Shown here: positions 48,768 through 58,779 of the stretch, piece after piece
How the letters are laid out: each line of letters begins with the position of its first letter
How positions within the stretch are numbered: the first letter of the stretch is position 1
Assembly (NCBI GenBank): GCA_965248925.1
Contig: CBDFLE010000006.1
Span: forward strand, 3,136,001-3,200,000
From: Candidatus Multivoradales bacterium
GTDB taxonomy: Bacteria; Acidobacteriota; Thermoanaerobaculia; Multivoradales; J023
DNA: 64,000 nucleotides
Reading direction: 5' to 3'
The notes under the pieces: model-generated
Databases searched by the model: none
Told to the model about the DNA's origin: nothing
What the model saw: the letters and a program-made list of their open reading frames with translations, nothing else
Program-made: the position numbers and the translations under genes

Positions 48768-51278
48768 TCAGCGCCTGCCGCGTTCTTCGGTATGGGTTTC
48801 GACGGTCGCCGGTAGCGACTCTTGTTCTGGTGTTGATTCGATGGCAATGTAGGTCTCCAGCCAGCGATGGGTTTCCCACAGCATGTGCAGGATCGACTCA
48901 TGGGCGCGGTAACCGTGGCTCTCGTGCGGCAGCATCACCAGTCGAGCGGTGGCGCCATGACCCTTAAGGGCGTTGTAGAAGCGCTCACTCTGCATCGGGA
49001 AAGTGCCGGAGTTGTTGTCGGCCTCGCCGTGGATCAGCAGTAGCGGCTCGTTGATCTTCTCGGCGTGCATGAAGGGGGACATGCTGAAGTAGATCTCGGG
49101 GGCTTCCCACAAGGTGCGCTCTTCGGCCTGGAAGCCAAAGGGGGTCAAAGTGCGGTTGTAGGCCCCGCTGCGAGCGATGCCAGCGGCGAATAGGTCGCTG
49201 TGGGCAAGTAGGTTGGCGGTCATGAAAGCGCCGTAGCTGTGGCCACCCACCGCGATGTGTCCAGGCTTGGCGACGCCACGGCGGATGCATTCTTCGACCG
49301 CTGCTTTGGCGCTCGATACCAGCTGCTCGCGGAAGGTGTCGTTGGGTTCGTCGTCGCCTTCACCAACGATCGGCATCGACGGGTTTTCGAGCACGGCGTA
49401 GCCCTGGGTGAGCCACAGGGTCGAGGAGTACCAGCCGACGCGATCAAATCGATGGGGTGAGTCGGTGACCTGACCCGCCGCGGCGGCACTCTTGAACTCG
49501 CGCGGATAGGCCCACAACAGCAGGGGTATTGGACCGTCGCGCTCAGCGTCGTAGCCAGCCGGTTGATAGAGGGTGGCGGTGAGGTCGACGCCGTCGCCGC
49601 GTTGGTAGCGAATCAGTTCTTTTTTAATCCCCTTCAGCTCTGGCGTGGGGTGCGGGAAGTGGGTTAGCTGGCGTTCGACAGCGCCGCTAGTGAGGTTGCG
49701 GACAAAGTAGTTGGGCGGTTCCTCAATCGACTCGCGGCGGGTCAGCAAGTGGTTTTCGTCAAGCATCAGCAGCGGGCGTTCGTAGTAGGGCGCCGCCGAG
49801 TGGAAGAGGCGCCGAGTTTTCTTGCTGCCAAGGTGGATGGCATCGAGGAATGGGCGATCGCCTTGTGGAGAGGCGCCGCTCGATACCAGATAGAGGATCT
49901 CGCCATCCTCGCCACCGGTCTTGAGTACTTGCCAGCCAGCCGCGTTGGGCTCGGTCAGCGGGCTGCCGGGGTCGCTGTAGCGATCTTCCCAGGACCGTTC
50001 GATGAACACCTCGGGCGGTGCTTGGGGCGAGTCGGGTCGCAGGCGGCTAACTCGCACTTGGCGGGTCTTGCGCCAAACCTCGGCCACTAGAGCCAGGTCG
50101 CCGCGGCCCCAGTTGATCTCGGCCAGACGATATCGCAGGTCCATCAGCGGCTGAGGGTTGTCGCTGAACGGTGCCGCCAGGTGATAAACGCGGTCGCGGA
50201 ATTCAGCCGGGTTCTTGGCGTCGCCACCATCGAGTGCTTCTACCCAGACCAGGTCCGCCGCTTGGTCGGCGCGCCATTCGTAGCGCCGTGGCCCAGTGGC
50301 GACGTTGTCGAAACCAGTCGGGATTTCCTCGAGTACTGGCAGTTCAGCGATCAAATGCGCTTCTCCGCTACTGAGGTCGTGAGCCTCGATACGGCGGCCA
50401 AAGCGCCAAGCCGGCACCAGATACGAAAACGGCCGTCGCAGAGTCTGGACCATCAAATAGCGTCCGTCGGGGGACGGTGATAGGCGCCACAGCAGGCCAG
50501 GTTGACCTATCTTCTGCGCCCTGCCGTCGAGGTCGATGCGCATCACTTGACTCTGCAAAAAGTGTGCGAAGAGGGCCTCGTCGTGAGGGTTCTGCAGCAG
50601 GTCTTGGAAGGTCCGGGCGGGGGCGGTGCGGCCTAGGTTTTCGAGGATCACCGGCCCCGCTGGGGTCGTTGCCGGGCGCGGCGCGGTGCCGCGGTTGGCG
50701 ACCAGTGTTGGACAGATCAAGGCCCGACTGTCAGGTAGCCAAACCGGGCGGACAAAGGCGGCTAGATTGAGTTCTACACTGCCCAATCGTCGGGCGCTGG
50801 CAGTGGCCAGCTCGGCCACCCAGAGTTCGATACCATCGCCGCGGGTGTGGGTGAAGGAAATGTACTTGCCGTCGGGTGAGAAGGAGAGCACTTCCAGCCT
50901 CGCTGCTGCTGGCAAGCCGCGCACCGGACGGGGCGCGCCGCCAGTAACATCGAGCACCGACAAAGCACTCGCCGGTCGGCTGCGACTGGGGCCGTTATTG
51001 GCTGGGCGAATGCGCAGTCCGGCCAGTCGCAGCTCTTTTTCGGCAAGTTCCGAGATAGATGGCAGGCTGGGATATTCGATCAGTAACAAATGCCGGTGAT
51101 CCGGGCTCAGCTGGACTCGCGGTGTTGGCGGCCGAGTGACCATCGCGGCTAATGCTGCCGGCGGTGTGCGGTAGAGCGCCTTGGTTTCGTCGCTGTCAGC
51201 GGCTACTGGCGAGCCGGCCAATGCCAAGATCGCGAGAATCGAGAGCAGGCGGCGAGTGACGGTTTTCTCAGAACTCAT
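48768..51278 (-). CDS. Secreted S9-family peptidase (glutamyl endopeptidase-like)
   Basis: Signal peptide, GHSYG nucleophile, 'ARSGAYNRTLTPFGFQ', 'HGEADNN' and 'ESHGY'. Confidence 0.92.
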   Translation of the reverse strand: MSSEKTVTRRLLSILAILALAGSPVAADSDETKALYRTPPAALAAMVTRPPTPRVQLSPDHRHLLLIEYPSLPSISELAEKELRLAGLRIRPANNGPSRSRPASALSVLDVTGGAPRPVRGLPAAARLEVLSFSPDGKYISFTHTRGDGIELWVAELATASARRLGSVELNLAAFVRPVWLPDSRALICPTLVANRGTAPRPATTPAGPVILENLGRTAPARTFQDLLQNPHDEALFAHFLQSQVMRIDLDGRAQKIGQPGLLWRLSPSPDGRYLMVQTLRRPFSYLVPAWRFGRRIEAHDLSSGEAHLIAELPVLEEIPTGFDNVATGPRRYEWRADQAADLVWVEALDGGDAKNPAEFRDRVYHLAAPFSDNPQPLMDLRYRLAEINWGRGDLALVAEVWRKTRQVRVSRLRPDSPQAPPEVFIERSWEDRYSDPGSPLTEPNAAGWQVLKTGGEDGEILYLVSSGASPQGDRPFLDAIHLGSKKTRRLFHSAAPYYERPLLMLDENHLLTRRESIEEPPNYFVRNLTSGAVERQLTHFPHPTPELKGIKKELIRYQRGDGVDLTATLYQPAGYDAERDGPIPLLLWAYPREFKSAAAAGQVTDSPHRFDRVGWYSSTLWLTQGYAVLENPSMPIVGEGDDEPNDTFREQLVSSAKAAVEECIRRGVAKPGHIAVGGHSYGAFMTANLLAHSDLFAAGIARSGAYNRTLTPFGFQAEERTLWEAPEIYFSMSPFMHAEKINEPLLLIHGEADNNSGTFPMQSERFYNALKGHGATARLVMLPHESHGYRAHESILHMLWETHRWLETYIAIESTPEQESLPATVETHTEERGRR

Positions 51279-51487
51279 GACGGATCCTCCGCCAGGATTC
51301 GAGTGTTGCGTTCGGCCGGAAGCTAGGAACTCGACGCCAGGCTAAGCAAGTTTTGGGCGGTCGGAAGAGCCTGCTAGCCTAGCATGCCACGGTCGTTGCG
51401 CCGGCTTCCTCCACCCGTGGTGAAGTGCGGCCATGGGGTTGATGGCGACGGTTTGGCCAGGCGTGAAACCTCCCATTCCTGGAGGAT

Positions 51488-52222
51488 CTAAGCCAGCCGG
51501 CCAGCGAGCTTCTGCTCACCGGGGCGCAGGGCTAGCACCAGGCGAGCGTTGTTGCTGGGCGGCCAGAAGTTCTTGCGGACCTCGACCTCGAAACCGTGTC
51601 TTTCGAGGTCCCGCGCCACTTTGGGCAACAGCATGCTCAGGTAGTACATGATGAAGGGGGGGCGCCACAGCAGATTGCGCAGCGCTATCGTGGTATCGAA
51701 TCCAGTGGCCAACCAGAGTCGTGGGCTCCACCGCGGTGGGCGCTTCGCGGTGACGAAGACGAAGCGGCCGCCGGGGATCAGAGCGCGAAAGACGGCGGCG
51801 AACAAGCGCGGCTGGTCGCCAGGTGGAAAGTGGCCCAGAGCGCCGAAGCAGGTGATGAGATCGAATTGGCGGGCGAAGTTCATTTGCAGAACATCGCCGT
51901 GCAGCAGTTCTAATTTTGTTTCCGCGGTAGGCGGCTCGGGGTGCTCACCCGCCTGGGCGAGCATTCCACGGCTAAAATCGATGCCCACCAAGCGGCGCCG
52001 GCAGAGCGGTGCCAACATCCTCAAGCCAGCGCCGGTGCCACAGCAGAGGTCGAGGATGTTGTCGACCGGGTCGAGTTCACCAGCCACTGCCGAGAGCAGC
52101 TTGTCGGGGGTGCGGAACGGGGTGAGATCGAACTTGCTCGCCAGCAGGTCGTAGCCGTGCTCGGTCGACGACAGAGACTGCCGGACAAGCTCGCCGAAGG
52201 TGGGTCCTCGAGGGTGGAACAT
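51488..52222 (-). CDS. Class I SAM-dependent methyltransferase
   Basis: 'LDLCCGTG', 'GIDFSRGML', 'FDLITCF' and 'LIPGGRF'. Confidence 0.88.
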   Translation of the reverse strand: MFHPRGPTFGELVRQSLSSTEHGYDLLASKFDLTPFRTPDKLLSAVAGELDPVDNILDLCCGTGAGLRMLAPLCRRRLVGIDFSRGMLAQAGEHPEPPTAETKLELLHGDVLQMNFARQFDLITCFGALGHFPPGDQPRLFAAVFRALIPGGRFVFVTAKRPPRWSPRLWLATGFDTTIALRNLLWRPPFIMYYLSMLLPKVARDLERHGFEVEVRKNFWPPSNNARLVLALRPGEQKLAGRLA

Positions 52223-52275
52223 GCCCAGCGAGCATATCGGCTCTTACGGGGCAGGATCGCCGCCGGCTGCGCCGC

Positions 52276-52812
52276 CTAGAGCTTCAGCACCAGCTTGGTC
52301 ATATCGTGCTGGTTGCCGTCCGGATCGGTGCCGTATCCTGGCCACGCTTGGGACTGGAAACCGAGTCTTTCGAGGGTCTCGATCGCTTGCTGCTCGAGGT
52401 CCGAGATCAACATGCAAGACAGATGACGCAGGCCGTTGTTTTTTGCTGTGTCGATCAGGTGATTGACCAGCAAGGTACCGAGGCCGGCATCCCGCCAATG
52501 GGGATCGATTAGCCACTTGATCCGTCCGACCAACCGCAGTGGTCCTCGGTCGCGGCAATGCAACGAAGCATCGGCGACAATCTGAGCACCGTCGAGCGCT
52601 AGCAAGGGCAAGACCCGGTCATAGTTGAGGTTCTGACCCCAGCTCTCGACCAAGCCAGGGTCGTCAAGCCGCTCCCAGGCGAAACGGCGGGTGTCTTCGG
52701 GAAGGCGCTGAAAGAACTCGAATAGTGCCTGGGGATCTTGCTCAGCAAAAGGGCGCACCAAAATGCGCCGTCCGTCGCCGAGTACCGCCTCTTGCGGGTA
52801 GCGGTGCTGCAT
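52276..52812 (-). CDS. GNAT N-acetyltransferase
   Basis: 'LGDGRRILVRP' and 'IDPHWRDAGLGTLL'. Start taken at ATG 52812. Confidence 0.8.
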   Translation of the reverse strand: MQHRYPQEAVLGDGRRILVRPFAEQDPQALFEFFQRLPEDTRRFAWERLDDPGLVESWGQNLNYDRVLPLLALDGAQIVADASLHCRDRGPLRLVGRIKWLIDPHWRDAGLGTLLVNHLIDTAKNNGLRHLSCMLISDLEQQAIETLERLGFQSQAWPGYGTDPDGNQHDMTKLVLKL

Positions 52813-52858
52813 CGTGAAGACTCTCCTCCAATGTTCTTGCTCGAAACGAGCGGGCAAA

Positions 52859-54133
52859 TCATAACACCGCCGGGAGTTGCAAGTGGGTGGCACTTTGGGC
52901 CAACCAAGCGAGCAAGCGATCGACATCCGGCGCTCGATGCCAGCCATGGAGTGCGATCCGCAAATAGCCTTCGCGAACCGAAGCGTAAATGCCGCCGCGA
53001 ATTCCATCTTGGAGGATTCGGTCGAAGCATTCAGCGCCGTGTCCGCAGTGATGTAGGGCGATAATCGAGCCGAGGCGCCTGGCCTTCAGCAGGCCCTGCA
53101 GGCGTTTGCTCTCGAGGCGCCAGTCGGGTAGCTCGGCCAGTCCGTCGAGCAGCTGGCATTGCAGACCGTGAAGGTGCTGGGCTATGCGCCGCGGGCCAGC
53201 CTCGAGGATCAGTCCCATGGCGGCACCAAAGGCAACGCAGCTCAGCAGGTTAGGGCTGCCGGCTTCGAGGCGCTCACCGGTGGTTAGCCATGCGCGGTCG
53301 AAATCGGTTGATGGACGGGCGAAGTTGCCGGCCGCCTCGACCGACAGCCAGGAACCGGTCGGCGCCAAGCGTTGGCGGAAGGCTGCGGCGGTCCACAGAA
53401 ACCCCTGGCCCTGCGGCGCCAGCAGTCCCTTGTGACCGCCGCAGGAGAAGGCGGCCAAGCCGTCGAGGTGGGTCGGTACCTCACTGGCGGGAAGGGTACC
53501 GGCGCCTTGGATTCCGTCGACCACCAGATCGATGCCGCGCTCGGCGCAACCCGCGACCAGCCGCCGCAGATCGAGGCGCAAACCATCTTGGAAGCGCACC
53601 CAGCTGACCGCCAGCAGGCGAGTCCGCGGGCCGCAACTGGCGAGCAATCGCTGCTCCGGATCGGCGGTTGTGCTAGGTGGTGCCGACTGCCAGGCCGCGG
53701 CGCCGGCTCTGTGCCCGGCCCACAAGGGCGCCTCGCGAACAGTCACTCCGCGCTGGCGCAACGCTAGCCAAGGCCAAGCATTGCTGGGGAACTCGCCGAG
53801 GGGCAAGAGAACCTCATCGCCGCTTTGCCAAGGGTAGCCCTGAGCCACCGCCACCAGGCCAGCGGAGGTGGTGGGTACCAGGGAGATATCAGCTTCGCGA
53901 CCACCGATCAGCGCTGCCGCGGCGGCTCGGGCGCGTTGTGGGATGGCGAGAAAATCCTTCTTCCAGCTCAGGGTCCAGGGGCGGGTCTCGCGGCTCAAGA
54001 AACGTTGAGTGGCTGCCGCGGCGGCCACTGGTACTGGGCCCTCGGCACAGTGCATCACCCACAGCACATGGTCTTCCAAGTCGAAGGCGGCGCGGGGCAA
54101 GGGTAGGGGAAACCCTTCTGTAGACGTTCGCAT
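52859..54133 (-). CDS. Class V PLP-dependent aminotransferase (cysteine desulfurase-like)
   Basis: 'EFPSN..PW', 'VSWVRFQDG', 'VDGIQGAG' and the PLP lysine in 'CGGHKGLLAPQG'. Confidence 0.85.
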   Translation of the reverse strand: MRTSTEGFPLPLPRAAFDLEDHVLWVMHCAEGPVPVAAAAATQRFLSRETRPWTLSWKKDFLAIPQRARAAAAALIGGREADISLVPTTSAGLVAVAQGYPWQSGDEVLLPLGEFPSNAWPWLALRQRGVTVREAPLWAGHRAGAAAWQSAPPSTTADPEQRLLASCGPRTRLLAVSWVRFQDGLRLDLRRLVAGCAERGIDLVVDGIQGAGTLPASEVPTHLDGLAAFSCGGHKGLLAPQGQGFLWTAAAFRQRLAPTGSWLSVEAAGNFARPSTDFDRAWLTTGERLEAGSPNLLSCVAFGAAMGLILEAGPRRIAQHLHGLQCQLLDGLAELPDWRLESKRLQGLLKARRLGSIIALHHCGHGAECFDRILQDGIRGGIYASVREGYLRIALHGWHRAPDVDRLLAWLAQSATHLQLPAVL

Positions 54134-54208
54134 GATGCTATCTTCGCAAATCTTGTTCGTGGTCGCGAACCCTCGAACCTTGGATGAACAATCCGCAGCG
54201 CGACCGGC

Positions 54209-56173
54209 ATGAAAATGAGTCCTACCGCACAGGGAAGCGATCACCATGAGCCTCGACCGCTCGCCGGCTTGGCAGTGGTTTGGGCGCTTCTTTCAGCTTT
54301 GCCATTCTTGTTGGTTGCGCCGCTGGTCGCTGTCGTTCATTGGTTCGAGGCGGCTCACCGATTCGGTTTCCTCGGCGGGTTGCGGCATGCCCTCGATTAC
54401 GCTTTTCTGCCACTTTCAGTGCGCCTCGCGGTTGGGTTATTGCCGGCGGTTTTGCTGGTCATGTTGGTGCATCTGGGCTGCGCTCAAAGGCTGCAACGCC
54501 GGCTGGCATTGTTCGGCGGGCTGTTGGCTGGAGGCGTGGCTGGGGCCACGGCCAGCTATTTTGCCTCGGGGCCGATAGCGGCGGACCCCTCCTACGGTCG
54601 ATCGATCTGGTCGTTCTTGCCCGATGATTTGCTCAGTGCCGTTTTGGTCTTTGCCATCGCGGCTCTGGTTGCGGGTCTGGCGTGGAGGAGCTTTGCTCGG
54701 GTGGTGCCCTGGGCGTTCCTCGATAGTCGGCCGCGGCGTTGGTTGCTGGCGTTGGCAGCCGTGTTCTATGGCTTGATGCTGGTGGTAGCCGTGGCGGCGC
54801 CGCTGGTGGTAGCCGAACCGGTCGCTAGCCGACCCAACGTGCTGTTGATCAGCATCGATACCCTGCGCGCTGATCATCTCGGCGCTTATGGATATGCTCG
54901 CGACACTAGCCCACGAATCAATAACTTTGCCCAGCGGGGGGTGCTCTATGAACAGGCCCAGAGTTCCGCGCCATGGACCTTGCCGGCCCATGCCAGTTTG
55001 TTCTCGGGCCTCGATCCCAGCGAGCATGGCATCACCGAATATGCGAGTGACGGCGATACTTGGCAGGTTCTTGACCAGGAAATTCCGCTGCTGGCAGAGC
55101 AGTTGCGGGGCCATGGCTACACCACCGCGGCTTTCACCGGCGGTGGCTTGCTGGGTTCGCGCTTCGGATTGGCGCGGGGTTTCGACATGTATCGCAGCGA
55201 CGGCCGTCGCTTGGAGGACTATCATCCGGCGGTGCTCGGTTGGTTGCGGCGCAATCAACGCTGGCCGTTTTTTCTTTTCTTGCATTTCTACAATGTCCAT
55301 CGGCCTTACCGTCCGCCGGCGCCCTACGATAAGCTCTTTTCGGCGGCTGAGGGGGAGTCCTTCGCAGCGGCCGATCTGGAGGATTTCTGCGCCGCCGCGG
55401 AACAACGCGGCACTCCGCCCACGGCAGCGTTTCTGCGGCAGGTGGTAGCGCGTTATGACGGCGAGATTCGCTATCTCGATACCCTGTTGGGTGAGGTCTT
55501 TGATCAGCTAGAGCGCAGCGGTCTGAACGACAACACCCTGGTGGTGTTGCTGTCTGATCATGGCGAGGCATTCTTCGAGCACGGCAACTGCGATCATCTG
55601 AAATCGCTCTATCAACCTCTCGTTCGCGTACCTTTGATCGTCGCGGGTCCCGAGTTGCCTAGCGGTTTGCGGGTCCCCCAGCCGGTGCAACTCAAAGATG
55701 TGGGGCAGCTGATTCTCGACTATGTTGGGGTGGCCGACGAACTGGGTTCGCAGCCACGGCGGTTGCTCGCCGAGTTACGCCGCCAGGCCAGCGGTGAGCC
55801 GCCGGAGCCCGCTCTTGCCTATGCCGAGACCTGTTGCAAGGGCTACCGGCGCGATGTCGAGGGCTGGCACCACCAGCCTTGGCAAAGTGGTATTCGCTCG
55901 ATACGCTCTGCGGGTTTCAAGCTGATTACTGATGCCCAGGGGATACCACTCGAGCTGTACGATATGCAAGACGATCCAGGCGAGCGGCACGATCTGCTCG
56001 CTAGCGAGGATCCCGCGGTGAGCAACGCTCGCCACCAGCTAGAAGCGGCGATGGCCAAGCGGTTGCTCAAGATTGACCAACAGCGAGCGCGGTGGCAATC
56101 ACTGGCCGGCCGCCGACAATCGCTCGACGAGGAGACACTACGCCAGCTGCGCCAGCTCGGTTATGTCGACTGA
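54209..56173 (+). CDS. Membrane-anchored sulfatase-like (alkaline phosphatase superfamily) protein
   Basis: About 5 N-terminal TM helices, 'PNVLLISIDTLRADHL', 'APWTLPAHASLFSG' (Thr where CxPxR has Cys) and 'SDHGE'. Confidence 0.85.
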   Translation: MKMSPTAQGSDHHEPRPLAGLAVVWALLSALPFLLVAPLVAVVHWFEAAHRFGFLGGLRHALDYAFLPLSVRLAVGLLPAVLLVMLVHLGCAQRLQRRLALFGGLLAGGVAGATASYFASGPIAADPSYGRSIWSFLPDDLLSAVLVFAIAALVAGLAWRSFARVVPWAFLDSRPRRWLLALAAVFYGLMLVVAVAAPLVVAEPVASRPNVLLISIDTLRADHLGAYGYARDTSPRINNFAQRGVLYEQAQSSAPWTLPAHASLFSGLDPSEHGITEYASDGDTWQVLDQEIPLLAEQLRGHGYTTAAFTGGGLLGSRFGLARGFDMYRSDGRRLEDYHPAVLGWLRRNQRWPFFLFLHFYNVHRPYRPPAPYDKLFSAAEGESFAAADLEDFCAAAEQRGTPPTAAFLRQVVARYDGEIRYLDTLLGEVFDQLERSGLNDNTLVVLLSDHGEAFFEHGNCDHLKSLYQPLVRVPLIVAGPELPSGLRVPQPVQLKDVGQLILDYVGVADELGSQPRRLLAELRRQASGEPPEPALAYAETCCKGYRRDVEGWHHQPWQSGIRSIRSAGFKLITDAQGIPLELYDMQDDPGERHDLLASEDPAVSNARHQLEAAMAKRLLKIDQQRARWQSLAGRRQSLDEETLRQLRQLGYVD

Positions 56174-56198
56174 ACCAGGTGTTAGCCTCGCGGATTGT

Positions 56199-56264
56199 GT
56201 AGGGGCCGTGGCATGCGCCCGTTTGTGCTGTCCGAGCCGCTGGGCGCACGCCGTGCGCCCCTAC
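56199..56264. repeat. GTAG-type REP doublet (REPIN-like)
   Basis: GTAGGGGCCGTGGCATGCGCCC ... GGGCGCACGCCGTGCGCCCCTAC: two inverted GTAG-capped palindromic units in an intergenic region. Confidence 0.75.
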
Positions 56265-56335
56265 GAAAACCTATTGTTGTCAATAACTTGTGAATTTCCG
56301 AGACGGTGAGTTAGAGCGAGTTGGAGCACAGCGTT

Positions 56336-57547
56336 ATGGAAAAAGAGCCCACCACCGTTTCCCCCGACACGGTTTCGTCATCGGATTCGGACCCCTCTGA
56401 CGCTAAGTCGCCGGCGGCTTCCAAATTGGCCCTGGTATTGACCGGCGGTGGTGCCCGTGCGGCTTATCAGGTGGGATTGCTGCGCTGCATGGCGCGGCAT
56501 ATGCCGGATCTGCAAGTGCCGATCATCACCGGGGTCTCGGCGGGGGCGATCAATGCGGCGTTTCTGGCTTCCCACCCCGGGTCGTTGAAGGACGCGGCGC
56601 ACGACCTGTGCAAGGTTTGGGAAGGGATTGAGTTTGAGCATGTTTTTCAGGTCGGTGTTGGGCCGCTGTTGCTAAGGGGTCTGCGTTGGGTCACTCGCCT
56701 GGTGTCTGGCGGTAGCCAGATGACCCCGGCGCCGCGCGGCCTGGTCGATACCGAGCCGTTGCACGAACTGCTCGAACGGACTCTAGAAACTGGCCCAGAC
56801 GGCGAGATCGTTGGCATTCAGCGCAACCTCGACGCTGGCCACCTCGAAGCCGTGGCCCTAGTCACCTTGCGTTACTCCACCGGCCAGACGGTGACTTGGT
56901 GTCAAGCAAACGAAGTCACAGATTGGCGCCGCGCGCGGCGCCGTAGCCGGCAATGCCGGTTGAACATTGACCATGTGATGGCATCCTCAGCGTTGCCGCT
57001 GTTCTTCCCGGCGGCCAAGCTTGGCGAGGATTGGTACGGCGACGGTGGGATTCGTCACTCGGCGCCGCTGTCGCCGGCGTTGCACCTTGGTGCCGATCGG
57101 GTGCTGGCGGTGTCGACGCGGTATCATCGCAGCCAGGCCGAAGCCGACCAGCCGGTGGTCAGCGGCTATCCGCCGCCGGCACAGATCGTCGGCAATTTGA
57201 TGAACTCGGTTTTTCTCGATGTGCTGGATCGCGACATTCTGCGCCTGCACCGGCTTGACGCCCTGGTGCGGCGATTGCCGGCGGCGGAGCGCGAGGGTAT
57301 GCGGCCCCTAAAGATCATGCTGTTGCGGCCTTCGGTAGATCTAGGCAAGTTGTCGGCGAATTATGAGGTGCGCTTGCCTAAGGGGTTTCGCTGGTTGACT
57401 CGCAGTCTGGGTACTCGCCAGACAAAGAGCCCCGACTTTCTGGCCATGTTGATGTTTCAACCTGACTATCTGCGCCAACTGATCGACATTGGCGAACGCG
57501 ATGCCGAGGCGCGGCTGGATGAGATTGCTCGGCTGGTGTCGGCCTGA
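56336..57547 (+). CDS. Patatin-like phospholipase
   Basis: GGGARA, GVSAG and DGG motifs. Confidence 0.92.
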   Translation: MEKEPTTVSPDTVSSSDSDPSDAKSPAASKLALVLTGGGARAAYQVGLLRCMARHMPDLQVPIITGVSAGAINAAFLASHPGSLKDAAHDLCKVWEGIEFEHVFQVGVGPLLLRGLRWVTRLVSGGSQMTPAPRGLVDTEPLHELLERTLETGPDGEIVGIQRNLDAGHLEAVALVTLRYSTGQTVTWCQANEVTDWRRARRRSRQCRLNIDHVMASSALPLFFPAAKLGEDWYGDGGIRHSAPLSPALHLGADRVLAVSTRYHRSQAEADQPVVSGYPPPAQIVGNLMNSVFLDVLDRDILRLHRLDALVRRLPAAEREGMRPLKIMLLRPSVDLGKLSANYEVRLPKGFRWLTRSLGTRQTKSPDFLAMLMFQPDYLRQLIDIGERDAEARLDEIARLVSA

Positions 57548-57689
57548 GCCAAGCCGCCGCGGCTAGCACTAGGCAACACGCGAGGGGTCGGTTGGCGCCA
57601 GAGGTTGTTGCCGCGGTAGCATGGTAGGTCGGGACGGGTAGATTTTCAGGAGTCGTCTAACTGCTTGCCAACTGTCGAAGGAGTTCGAG

Positions 57690-58559
57690 ATGCGATGCTA
57701 TTTCGCCAAGGATCTCAAACGTCGCTTGATTGCCACCGGGGGTATCGCTGGTTGTTTGCTAGTGGTTCTTGCCTCCGGCGTGTTGGCGGAGTCATCCAAG
57801 GGGCGAGTGGGCTACCGAGCCCATGGTCGCTACGCGCGCCCGGCACCGCCGCGGGCGACGCAGCAGCCGCTGCCGATCGTCGGTACGGCATTTCCAGGCA
57901 ACGTGCCGCGCACGCAGCAGAAGTACTACCGCGTACTGCCGCCCTACGCCTCGAATACCCAACCCTTTCACAGCAATCCGCACTACCCGTCCGGGGTGCC
58001 GATCGATCCCCGCGCACTGCCCAGTTTAGGCGCTACTCGCTTCATCACGGTGCTGCCACAGCCGGTGGTCTATCTGCCGACCAACGCTGTGTTCCGGTCA
58101 CCGGCCGAGGTTCTGCAGGCCGTACCGCAGCCGATCGCGCCGCCACAGCAAGTAGGGACGGCCCCCTCCGGTGCGCCGATCTATGTGGTGGTGCAGGCCC
58201 CTCCGGCACCGCCGGCACCTTCCGCGCCTCCGGCCAGCACGCCCCCCGCCGTGTCCCCAGCAGCTCCTACGGCGGCGCCGGCACCCCCCCGCGGACCGGG
58301 CGGACTCCGTTTTCGCGTGCAGCCGGCCGATGCTCAGGTCTTTCTCGACGATCGGTTGCTCGGTGAGGGCGCTGCTCTTTCGGCCCAACTCGAAGCCATG
58401 GTGCTTGATGCCGGGGTCTACATGCTCGAAGTACGCCACCCAGACCATCGTTCGGAACGTCTGTTCTTTGGCGTCTATGCCGACACCGAGGTTGAAGTAG
58501 AAATCGATCTGACCCGTCGGGACGGCCGCCGCCGCTCGTGGGTAGATATTGATAGTTGA
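57690..58559 (+). CDS. Exported Pro-rich protein with a C-terminal PEGA-like domain
   Basis: Signal/TM segment, Pro/Ala-rich linker, then 'LRFRVQPADAQVFLDD..LG...LDAGVY.LEVRHPD'. Confidence 0.72.
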   Translation: MRCYFAKDLKRRLIATGGIAGCLLVVLASGVLAESSKGRVGYRAHGRYARPAPPRATQQPLPIVGTAFPGNVPRTQQKYYRVLPPYASNTQPFHSNPHYPSGVPIDPRALPSLGATRFITVLPQPVVYLPTNAVFRSPAEVLQAVPQPIAPPQQVGTAPSGAPIYVVVQAPPAPPAPSAPPASTPPAVSPAAPTAAPAPPRGPGGLRFRVQPADAQVFLDDRLLGEGAALSAQLEAMVLDAGVYMLEVRHPDHRSERLFFGVYADTEVEVEIDLTRRDGRRRSWVDIDS

Positions 58560-58779
58560 GAATAATCGGCTAAGAGTAGAGATTCTCTGATCGCCTGCCA
58601 ACCACCAGTGAGATTTCTGTATCTCGCTACAGGTATCGTCAGCATGCCTCTTCGGTGCCCGGATTGATAGACCAATCGTGGCGTTTTTCAAGCACCCCCT
58701 TTGAGGTTTTCGCCTTCTTGGGTCTCTAGTCGCCAAGAAAGTGCGGCAAGTCGGTCGGCCAGACTTATAATCGCAGGTT

